Positions 19,693 through 27,064 of a DNA stretch of 27,064 bases are shown here, piece by piece. Source of the stretch: an uncultured Nitrospiraceae bacterium (GTDB lineage: Bacteria; Nitrospirota; Thermodesulfovibrionia; Thermodesulfovibrionales; Dissulfurispiraceae); contig CAVPIW010000018.1 in NCBI GenBank assembly GCA_963705105.1, positions 1-27,064 on the forward strand, read 5' to 3'. How positions within the stretch are numbered: position 1 is the first letter of the stretch; every line of letters begins with the position of its first letter. Both the position numbers and the translations under genes were made by a program. The notes under the pieces were generated by a model. That model was not told the origin of the DNA. It saw nothing but the letters and a program-made list of their open reading frames with translations, and did not search any database.

Positions 19693-20053
19693 CCGCGCAG
19701 TTGCATGAAAAGGCGGGACAAAACGCTCTGAAAACAGTGTCAGTGACAGTGTGAGTGTCAGTGTCGGTGTCACTACCGCTGCTTCCGGGAGGGCAGATAC
19801 GGTTCAAAGCCTTTCCAATGCGATGATGAGACTTTTCCAGGTGTTCAGTGCCCGTTACCTGACGGGCACTTGGTATCAACTGACACGGCAAAGGGTGGCC
19901 TGGTGATGAATAAGGTATCTTAGCGGAAAGGCTTTTCACCACATCAGCCTTCCCGTCAGTCCTTTTGTCGTCCGGTCCCATCCGTTGTCTCCTGTCTGAT
20001 GTTTCTCGGCGCTTTCGCCCCGCCTTTCCCGGGAGTGTATTGCAACGATAAGG
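19693..20053 (+). mobile_element. Palindromic MITE-like element, copy 7 (composite, 361 bp)
   Basis: Left end, hexamer tract, ~138-bp module shared with copy 5, unique spacer, then right end CGCCCCGCCTTTCCCGGGAGTGTATTGCAACGATAAGG; flanks TTTA/TTCA. Confidence 0.82.
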
Positions 20054-20054
20054 T

Positions 20055-21111
20055 TCAGTATCCCGTCAGCTCGGCATAGGCCCTGCCCGTCGCGTTTCCC
20101 TCGACTGAGCATGTCCCTTCCCAATAATAATTAAGGGTCGAATGGGCGGCGACGCATTCCTGGTCTTCCAGGGACGGGATGACGATCACGTCGATACCCG
20201 CGGAAGGGATGGCGATCCGCCATCGCGAGGGATAACGGGCCCTGGTTTTTTTCGATGTATAGTGACCGAGCACGGTGAGGACGACGTCGTCGCGGGAGAG
20301 CTGCCGGGCACTGCCGTCGCGTTCGACGATTGTACCCGATGAGAAGGGGTCGATCGTTCCGTCGCTCCTGCGAAGGCGGTAGATCATGATGTCCCGTCCG
20401 TCGTCGAGCTGGATGGCGAACCAGTCCCAACCCCTCACCTCTTTTTCCAGGTCCCTCGTCGGAGAGCTCGCGGTCGAACCAGCTTGACCCTGTCACGCGG
20501 AAGACCTTGTCCCGGTATCGAAGGGTCCCTGTCGTCATAAGCCGCGTAAGGGAGAAATACAGAGAGGCGGACAGGGGGGATTCCCGGGATTTGCGGGAAT
20601 ACCCGTTGTTTCCGTGGAGCACGACCTTCTTTTCGGGAACGAGGAGGAAATCGATGGCCTTCTCGTCGTCTGCGGCCCTGATGCGTATGGTGTCTCCGGA
20701 CCACTGCAGTTGATTTCGTTCGGTCCATACGAGGAGGTCGCCGTGTTCCGTCCCCGAACTCGCGAAGGCCCCCCTGTCCGCAACGTCGCTGAAGGAAAAT
20801 CTCTTTCCCGCGACGTCGGTGAGGGCGAAATGGGATATATAGATATTGTTCAAACCGAAGCGGGAACGGTAGGGTCTTTTCTGGACGCCGACAACGAAAA
20901 AGGTGAGCTCGTAACCGAACAATCTCCCCTGGTCGTCGCGGAGATGGCCGGTGAAGTACCACCACTGGACTTTGTAGTCATCCCGGTAGTGCATGTCACC
21001 GGGAAAGGCGACGGACTTGGAGGGGGTGACATCTGCGAATTCCTCTGCCGATACCGGGACGGCGATCGCGCAGAGGATCAGAGCCAGAGTGATGAGGTGA
21101 AGTCCGACCAT
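20055..21111 (-). pseudogene. Secreted lipocalin-like / CrtC-AttH family protein, split by +1 frameshift (~20440-20460)
   Basis: Frame 1 has FPGDMHYR..QWWYFTGHL..FGYELTFF..YFSLTRL..WFDRE. Frame 2 has GWDWFAIQLDDG..YPSRWRI..YWEG..GRAYAELTGY. Confidence 0.78.
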
Positions 21112-21163
21112 GATCTCATCATCATGAGTCAGGGGCGGGACAATTTGCAAATCCGGCGCCGCG

Positions 21164-21751
21164 CTACCCGATCCAGACCGTTCTCTTGAAGTCTTTCAGG
21201 CCTTCGACAATGTGGTTCGTCGTTCCCCGGTAGCCGACCCTGAGGCTCGATTCGAGGTCATAGTGTTTCAGGCAGGTGCCGCAGGAGAAGATTTCAACGC
21301 CCTTTCCCTCGATGCTCTTCAGGATGGGGATCATCTCCCCGTCCGTCGTCGTGAGCTTCACGCCGGCATTGAGAAAAAAGATGGTGTGCGGCATCTCACC
21401 CGTCACGAGCATGGTTTCAAAAAAGGCCTTCATGAGGACCCTGCCGAGGGCTTCCTCTTTTCCCATGGTGTCGGAGCCGACGATACAGAAGAGGTCTTTT
21501 TCTTTGATCGCTTCTGCGGGAGATTCAGCCGGTTCGCAGACGTAGCCCTTCATGAGCTTCACCCGCCAGTGACCGTTCTCCCGGACCTCTTCAGAGGAGA
21601 GCCCGCTCTTCCGGGCGAACCTCATGAGGTTTCTCAACGATGCCTCGTTGTCGATGAGGATATCCACCGATCCCTCATCGATTTTCGATATGGCCTCTTC
21701 AGCCATGATGACAGGCTTGGGACATCCGAGGCCCCGCGCGTCGATAAACAT
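21164..21751 (-). CDS. yedF: Sulfurtransferase-like selenium metabolism protein YedF (TusA + DsrE domains)
   Basis: IDARGLGCPKPVI N-terminus, FFLNAGVKL and SCGTCL. Start moved to ATG 21751 with GGGAGG SD. Confidence 0.85.
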   Translation of the reverse strand: MFIDARGLGCPKPVIMAEEAISKIDEGSVDILIDNEASLRNLMRFARKSGLSSEEVRENGHWRVKLMKGYVCEPAESPAEAIKEKDLFCIVGSDTMGKEEALGRVLMKAFFETMLVTGEMPHTIFFLNAGVKLTTTDGEMIPILKSIEGKGVEIFSCGTCLKHYDLESSLRVGYRGTTNHIVEGLKDFKRTVWIG

Positions 21752-21858
21752 AATGCTTCCCTCCCGATGTTTCTGTTTAACAATACCTTGGGAAGGACAG
21801 GAAATACCAATAGCTTTTATCGATAAATTCTTCTGTATTGATAGGAGAACCTTGAAGT

Positions 21859-22764
21859 TCATTCCCTCCAGGAAGCGATCACATCTCTGAGGGCCTTGTA
21901 GATGTCCGGATGGGAGAACGGGAATCCCTCGGCAAGGAGCACGCCGGGAATAACACGCTGCCCGTTCAGGACGGCCTTCGCAAATTCACCCAGGGCGATC
22001 CTCGCGGCGAAACCCGGAACGGTCAGGAAGGCGGGCACTTTGAGCGCCTCGGCAAGGGCCTTTGAGAACTCGGCATTTCTGACTGGATTGGGTGATGTTA
22101 TGTTGACCGGTCCAGAGACGTGGCGCCTGTCAATGAGAAACAGAAAGGAGTTTACAAGGTCGTCGATGTGGACCCAGGAGACCCACTGTTTTCCCGAACC
22201 GACGGGTCCGCCGAGAAACCGCTTGAAGACAGGGATGAGGGACCCGAGGAGACCCCCTTTTTCGCCGAGAACGAGCCCGAACCGGGTGATGACCACCCTC
22301 GCACCGCGGCCGGCCGCGCTCATCGCCTCCTGTTCCCAGTCCCTCGCGAGGAGTCCGAGGAAATCGCTTCCGCTCGGCGCGTTTTCACGGAGTTCCTCAT
22401 CGCCGTGAAACCCGTAATAGCCGATGGCCGAAGCATTGAAGAGAGTCGTGCCGGCCTTGTCCGGGATCGCGTCGACGACGTTCCTCGTCGTGAATATCCT
22501 GCTGTCACGGAGGTCTTTTTTGACCTCCGGATTCCAGCGGCGTGAAATGGACGATCCGGCAAGGTTGATGACCCATTCCGCACCGGCCAGTTTCTCCTGC
22601 CAGGGCCCGGGCTGCACGGGATCGCCCTCGATCATCTCCGCCCCGGGGATATCACGGCCCCTCCTGGACCTCGTGAGAACCATGACGGCATGTCCCTCTT
22701 TCACAAGCCTCCGAACAAGCCTGGTCCCGACAAAACCCGTCCCGCCGGTCACGAATACTTTCAT
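21859..22764 (-). CDS. TIGR01777 family NAD-dependent epimerase/oxidoreductase
   Basis: Motifs VTGGTGFVG, INLAG, SAIGYYG, GGPVGSGKQWVSWVHIDD and GQRVIP. Confidence 0.92.
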   Translation of the reverse strand: MKVFVTGGTGFVGTRLVRRLVKEGHAVMVLTRSRRGRDIPGAEMIEGDPVQPGPWQEKLAGAEWVINLAGSSISRRWNPEVKKDLRDSRIFTTRNVVDAIPDKAGTTLFNASAIGYYGFHGDEELRENAPSGSDFLGLLARDWEQEAMSAAGRGARVVITRFGLVLGEKGGLLGSLIPVFKRFLGGPVGSGKQWVSWVHIDDLVNSFLFLIDRRHVSGPVNITSPNPVRNAEFSKALAEALKVPAFLTVPGFAARIALGEFAKAVLNGQRVIPGVLLAEGFPFSHPDIYKALRDVIASWRE

Positions 22765-22830
22765 GGAGACCTCCGTTGCAAGTTCTTTCTTCCATTATAA
22801 ACCCAAATAGAGTATATCCAAGAAGATAAC

Positions 22831-23026
22831 CCTCGTAGTTACGTAAAAAGGCGGGGCGAAGCGCTCTGGAAAACATTGTCAGTGATAGTGTGAGTGTCAG
22901 CAAAAGCTTCATTATTTTCAGACATTGACCCGAAAAGCTGCCTTTTGTGACGGTTAATGTGGTCGCCGCATCAAGGTTTTCGGCGCATACACCCCGCCTT
23001 TCCGGAAATCCTATTGCAACAAGAAG
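22831..23026 (+). mobile_element. Palindromic MITE-like element, copy 8 (type B, 196 bp)
   Basis: AAAAAGGCGGGGCGAAGCGCTCTGGAAAAC, hexamer tract, then CAAGGTTTTCGGCGCATACACCCCGCCTTTCCGG..TATTGCAACAAGAAG; flanks TAAC/TGAC. Confidence 0.82.
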
Positions 23027-23102
23027 TGACAAAATTGGTTAACTGAGGGCTCAAATCAGCAATATTTCCCAATAATAGCAATAAATTACAACATTTTATC
23101 GC

Positions 23103-23129
23103 TAAAGATCACCGGGGAGGCACCGATAA
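23103..23129 (+). promoter_or_regulatory. sigma28 (FliA) promoter of flagellin
   Basis: TAAA-N15-ACCGATAA upstream of fliC. Confidence 0.85.
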
Positions 23130-23201
23130 CAAATTAAAGAAAAAAGAGCGAAGGTCGGAAAGGGGGATAGGGATTTACGGACCGGGGCTCTGAAAAAATC
23201 A

Positions 23202-23236
23202 AGGCAAGGATGCCTGATACAACATTTCAAGGAGGA
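23202..23236 (+). promoter_or_regulatory. Putative CsrA-binding sites in fliC leader
   Basis: Hairpin AGGCA-AGGA-TGCCT with GGA in the loop; second CAAGGAGGA overlapping the SD. Confidence 0.65.
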
Positions 23237-23243
23237 AAGTACC

Positions 23244-24086
23244 ATGTCACTCGTCATCAACACAAACATTCTCTCTCTGAACGCTCAGAGGAACCTCGCA
23301 GCAAACAACGCAAGCATCAATATTTCCGTTCAGCGTCTTTCTTCGGGTTTACGGATCAACTCGGCCAAGGACGATGCGGCCGGTCTGTCCATTTCGGAAA
23401 AATTGCGCGCCCATACACGGAGCATCTCCGTCGCCATCAGGAACTCCCAGGACGGCATCAGCCTGTCCCAGACTGCTGAAGGCGGTCTCACGGAGATCGG
23501 CAACATCCTCGCGAGAATGAGGGAGCTGGCAGAACAGTCGGCGAACGGCACCGTCGGCACGTCGGAGCGGAGCGCTCTTGACAACGAGTATCAGCAGTTG
23601 ATCGAGGAGATCAACAGGATCTCCAACGTCACGGAGTTTAACGGCGTGAAGCTGCTCGACGGCAGCATGAGCAGCGCCGGCGTGACGCTGCAGGTCGGTT
23701 TTAAGAACGATGCCAACGACAGGATCACTTTCTTCTCCGGCATTGCAGCGACCAACGCAACCGGCCTCGGCATCACCGGAGCGTTTGCGACCATCTCTGG
23801 GGCCGGTAACGCCCAGTCTGCCCTCACGCAGATCGACAGCGCCATCACGACCGTCGCCACAAGGAGAGGCACCCTCGGCGCCATCCAGAACAGGCTCGAG
23901 GCGACGATCTCAAATCTCAGCATCACCAACGAGAACCTGAAGGCGGCGGATTCGCGGATCAGGGATGCAGACTTTGCTGAGGAGACGGCAAGGTTCACGA
24001 GGAACCAGATCCTCGTCCAGGCCTCGACGGCAATCTTGGCGCAGGCCAATGTGGTGCCCCAGTCCGCACTGCAGCTCCTGAGGTAA
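23244..24086 (+). CDS. fliC: Flagellin (short, 280 aa)
   Basis: Motifs INTN, RLSSGLRINSAKDDAAGL, LGAIQNRL, SRIRDADFAEE and AQAN..PQ. Confidence 0.97.
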   Translation: MSLVINTNILSLNAQRNLAANNASINISVQRLSSGLRINSAKDDAAGLSISEKLRAHTRSISVAIRNSQDGISLSQTAEGGLTEIGNILARMRELAEQSANGTVGTSERSALDNEYQQLIEEINRISNVTEFNGVKLLDGSMSSAGVTLQVGFKNDANDRITFFSGIAATNATGLGITGAFATISGAGNAQSALTQIDSAITTVATRRGTLGAIQNRLEATISNLSITNENLKAADSRIRDADFAEETARFTRNQILVQASTAILAQANVVPQSALQLLR

Positions 24087-24109
24087 TACAGCGTTTCTCA
24101 TGACCCGGG

Positions 24110-24136
24110 CGGGCGGCTTCCCTGTGAAGCCGCCTG
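24110..24136 (+). terminator. Stem-loop downstream of fliC
   Basis: CGGGCGGCTTC-CCTGT-GAAGCCGCCTG; no U-tract, so possibly an mRNA-stabilising or partial terminator hairpin. Confidence 0.5.
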
Positions 24137-24157
24137 AACCCTACAAGGAGGACAGCA

Positions 24158-24529
24158 ATGATCATACGGGGCGATGACAAAAATATGTTTGCGTCAATGC
24201 CTTTCGAACCTCCCAAGACCGTCACGAGAACAGACGCTGGCAAGGAAAAGAAAACCCAGGAAAGCGCAAAGGAGGGGGTCGCACAGAGGAGTGAGACGAA
24301 AAGCGATGTTCCGCAGAGCATGACCGGGCCGGAAGGACGCATGCTTGAACAGTTCATGAACAGGAAAGTCCGACTGGAGGTCGATACGGAACTCCACAGC
24401 GTCATCATCAAGATCGTCAACAGGGAAAACGGTGAGGTCATCAAACAGATACCGCCTGAAGAGCTTGTTGACCTCGCAAAAAAAATGAAGAACATTAAAG
24501 GGATGTCCCTCGTCGACAAGGAGGTATGA
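24158..24529 (+). CDS. flaG: FlaG family protein
   Basis: C-terminal IKIVNRENGEVIKQIPPEE..G.LVDKEV; located between fliC and fliD. Confidence 0.88.
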   Translation: MIIRGDDKNMFASMPFEPPKTVTRTDAGKEKKTQESAKEGVAQRSETKSDVPQSMTGPEGRMLEQFMNRKVRLEVDTELHSVIIKIVNRENGEVIKQIPPEELVDLAKKMKNIKGMSLVDKEV

Positions 24530-25932
24530 CGTTGGCCATATCGGCGGGTATCGGCCTGAGCTCAGGTCTTGATTACAGCAGTCTTATCACGAATCTCCTG
24601 CTCCTGGAGAGGCAGCCGGTCACCAACCTCCAGAGCAGGCAGAACAAGTACAAGGAGAAGATCAGCATCTATAATGATCTCTCTTCAAAGCTCTCGGCAT
24701 TCAAGACTGCGGCTCAGGCCCTCAAGACGACGACGGACTTCCTTTCCAAGAAGATTTCATCCAGTGATGTCTCCGTCGTGGACGCGACGGCGACAAATAC
24801 TGCTTTAGCGGCCGGTTATACCATATCAGACATAAGCCAGATCGCCAGGGCTCATCAGTTCACCCATAACACGGGCCTTGCCGACGCGGACTCCACCGTC
24901 GTTCTGTCTGCCGGCGGGAGGTTTCAGTTCACAATCAACGGGGAGACACAGACGATCGACGCGTCGTCTGACATGACACTCCGGCAGCTTGCCGATGCCA
25001 TCAATGAAAAGACCTACACAGGCTCCATCAAGGCCCAGGCTTCGGTCATCAACACGGGAACGTCGGCGTCACCATCCTACAAACTCGTCCTCGCGAGCAC
25101 AGCTACCGGCGCTGATTACGGCATGATGATCAACGCCGACGATTCCACCCTCGACCTTGACCAAGTTCAAGGGGCCGATTCGGACTCAGATGGACAATAT
25201 CGCGTTGATATGCAGGCTGCCCAGAATGCCCTGTTCAAAGTCAACGGGCTCCAGGTGACAAAGAGCTCGAACACGGTGAGCGATGTCATTACCGGCGTGA
25301 CCTTCACGATCAAGCAGCAGGGCACTGTACAAGTCAATCTGACTGTTGAGAATGACTCGGAGGCTATCAGGAAGAAGATAGAGGATTTTGTCACGGCCTA
25401 TAACGATGTCGTGAACCTCGTCTCATCGAAATCGACATACGACACGACGGCGAAGAAGGGAGGGCCCCTGAACGCCGAGGCGACGGCGAAATCAATCGTC
25501 AACAAACTCCGGAGCATGCTTATCACGCCCGTGTCGGGACTGGGGAGCGGGATCGATTCCCTTGCCGAGATCGGCATCACGACAAACAGCAAGGACGGGA
25601 CACTCGTTGTCAACACGGCGACTCTGAGCGGCAAGTTATCGACCAACCTGGAAGAGGTGGCCGATATTTTTACCTCGTCAGGCAGCGGCATAGCAGGCAA
25701 GATTGCCGATTATGTCACAGAGATTACGGGATCAAGCGGAGCCCTGACAGGCAGAACAAAGGGACTGCAGTCAGTCATCGACGACATCTCGTCGGATATC
25801 CGGAGAATCGAGAGCAGGCTTGCTTATAAGGAGCAGGCCCTCAGGAGACAGTATGCGGCACTCGAGTCCCTGCTGAGCGGTTTCTCGGCACAGGGATCGT
25901 TTCTCTCAGGCCAGATGAGCAGTTGGTCCTGA
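24526..25932 (+). CDS. fliD: Flagellar filament cap protein FliD
   Basis: Motifs GLSSGLD..LI, AQNA.FKVNG..SSNTVSDVITGVT, FVTAYN and LRRQYAALE. Confidence 0.94.
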   Translation: MTLAISAGIGLSSGLDYSSLITNLLLLERQPVTNLQSRQNKYKEKISIYNDLSSKLSAFKTAAQALKTTTDFLSKKISSSDVSVVDATATNTALAAGYTISDISQIARAHQFTHNTGLADADSTVVLSAGGRFQFTINGETQTIDASSDMTLRQLADAINEKTYTGSIKAQASVINTGTSASPSYKLVLASTATGADYGMMINADDSTLDLDQVQGADSDSDGQYRVDMQAAQNALFKVNGLQVTKSSNTVSDVITGVTFTIKQQGTVQVNLTVENDSEAIRKKIEDFVTAYNDVVNLVSSKSTYDTTAKKGGPLNAEATAKSIVNKLRSMLITPVSGLGSGIDSLAEIGITTNSKDGTLVVNTATLSGKLSTNLEEVADIFTSSGSGIAGKIADYVTEITGSSGALTGRTKGLQSVIDDISSDIRRIESRLAYKEQALRRQYAALESLLSGFSAQGSFLSGQMSSWS

Positions 25933-25957
25933 CAAAATATTATTCACGGAGGCATGA

Positions 25958-26368
25958 ATGCAGCAGCAGGCGGGAGCCTACAGGACGACGGAAGTCAATA
26001 CAGCGGACAGCATAAAAGTCGTTTCCCTTCTTTACGACGGGGCTATTAATTTTATTCAGGCGGCGAAGCTTAAGATCGGAGAGCGTGACATCGCAGGGAA
26101 GGGCCTGTATATCGGCAAGGCGACGTCGATCGTCGCAGAGCTTTCGGCCTCTCTCAACATGGATGCAGGGGAACTCGCGGGGAACCTGAGAAAGCTCTAT
26201 GATTTCGTACTCGACAGACTTTTTCAGGCTAACCTAAAGGACGATACGTTTGCCTGCGATGACGCCGAACGGGTGCTCCAGGAACTCCGGGGAGCCTGGA
26301 AAGAGATCGAGAAGAGACCTTTGCAGAACCAGAAAACCCCTGAAAACGGCATTGAAGTGAGGATCTGA
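25958..26368 (+). CDS. fliS: Flagellar export chaperone FliS
   Basis: Motifs AYR..V.TA..LLYDGAI, L.ASLNMDAGELA.NL..LYDF and ELRGAW. Confidence 0.94.
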   Translation: MQQQAGAYRTTEVNTADSIKVVSLLYDGAINFIQAAKLKIGERDIAGKGLYIGKATSIVAELSASLNMDAGELAGNLRKLYDFVLDRLFQANLKDDTFACDDAERVLQELRGAWKEIEKRPLQNQKTPENGIEVRI

Positions 26369-26730
26369 TGGACAATCTCACGTCACTCTATGAAGACCTC
26401 CTGTCCTGCGCCCGGAAACAGATGGAACACCTGCGTGACGGAGACCTTGACGGCGCGCTCCTCCGGATGTCCGAACGCGAGGAGATCATCGGCCGCATGC
26501 GGACCGCCGCCGTGCTGGTCGATAAGAGTGCCGCCACGAGGGAAAATTCCGCACACCTCATGAACATAGCCGAAGAGATCCTCTCCATCGATACGGATAT
26601 GGGGAAGATCGTCCAGCAGGGCATGCGCACCATCATGGATGAGCTTCTGACCGTCCAGGAGACGAGACAGAATCTCGCCCCCGGAAAAGTCTACCGCGAC
26701 TCCGGTAACCAGGTTCATGTAAGCGCATAG
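26368..26730 (+). CDS. FliT-like flagellar chaperone
   Basis: 120-aa helical protein coupled to fliS (TGATG); assignment is positional with weak sequence support. Confidence 0.55.
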   Translation: MDNLTSLYEDLLSCARKQMEHLRDGDLDGALLRMSEREEIIGRMRTAAVLVDKSAATRENSAHLMNIAEEILSIDTDMGKIVQQGMRTIMDELLTVQETRQNLAPGKVYRDSGNQVHVSA

Positions 26731-26852
26731 GAAAAAGAGTCAACACTACATTGCATTAAATTCAAAATTCGCCTTACCCCTCCCTTCATCTTCCTTCCTC
26801 CTGATGTTGTTGAGCATGGAAGACTGCGTAGTTAGCCCGATATACCCCTCTT

Positions 26853-26913
26853 TGTCATTCCCGCGCATGCGGGAATCCAGATTCGTGCAGATGCCAGTTC
26901 TGCGGGCATGACA
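26853..26913. repeat. GTCATTCCCGC-type REP-like palindrome
   Basis: TGTCATTCCCGCGCATGCGGGAATCCA...GCGGGCATGACA; contains ATTCCC-N8-GGGAAT. Confidence 0.7.
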
Positions 26914-26958
26914 GCTTTTTCATGAGAAACCTATAAGTTCTAATGTTGAACCAAACTT

Positions 26959-26985
26959 TAAAGTAATCTTTCATTTCCCCGATAC
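26959..26985 (+). promoter_or_regulatory. Putative sigma28 promoter
   Basis: TAAA-N15-CCCGATAC just upstream of ATG 26995. Confidence 0.55.
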
Positions 26986-26994
26986 CAAAATGTG

Positions 26995-27064
26995 ATGGAA
27001 ATCACAGCGAACAATGATGGCCGACTTTATTCGATCAGCGAAGTCAGCAGACTCACCGGCGTCC
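26995..27064 (+). CDS. Start of MerR-family HTH protein (partial)
   Basis: MEITANNDGRLYSISEVSRLTGV resembles the MerR N-terminal Y.I.EV...GV motif; only 23 codons visible. Confidence 0.6.
   Translation, partial: MEITANNDGRLYSISEVSRLTGV

Noticed and set aside
22770..22780. CCTCCGTTGCA identical to the start of copy 5
   Set aside because: Only 11 bp, not followed by the AAAGGCGGG core, and it contains the GGAGG SD of the TIGR01777 gene.
5369..23026. Element copies as integron attC sites
   Set aside because: Some ends show AAC/GTT, but RYYYAAC...GTTRRRY cores are not consistent, orientation is mixed, neighbours are housekeeping operon genes and no integrase is seen.

Overview
GC-rich bacterial chromosomal segment. 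Gene content is compatible with a Nitrospirota- or Desulfobacterota-like organism, but that is inference only. It carries a scattered peptidoglycan-recycling set: an N-terminal nucleotidyltransferase (MurU-like) fused to an APH-family kinase (AmgK-like) running off the left edge, NamZ/DUF1343, NagA, a DUF1460 amidase-like gene and AmpG. Other genes are htpG-rimO-M50 protease-TrmH, an orphan REC-AraC regulator, cheW, an M48/TPR lipoprotein, a six-repeat tectonin lipoprotein, an AttEFGH-like ABC/lipocalin module, yedF, a TIGR01777 oxidoreductase and a sigma28 flagellin operon (fliC-flaG-fliD-fliS-fliT-like). The most striking signal is non-coding. Eight copies of one ~70-360 bp palindromic element sit in intergenic gaps, with conserved CC...GG-type ends and candidate 4-bp TNNA-like target duplications. 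The copies have modular interiors, copy-specific compensatory base-pair changes and no transposase in the window. Several copies sit exactly at stop/start junctions or in a sigma28 -35 box. Other dispersed repeat families are also present: CAGTGT/GAGTGT hexamer arrays, 9-mer CACAGAG/CGCAAAG repeats and GTCATTCC-type palindromes. Three genes carry apparent +1 frameshifts.
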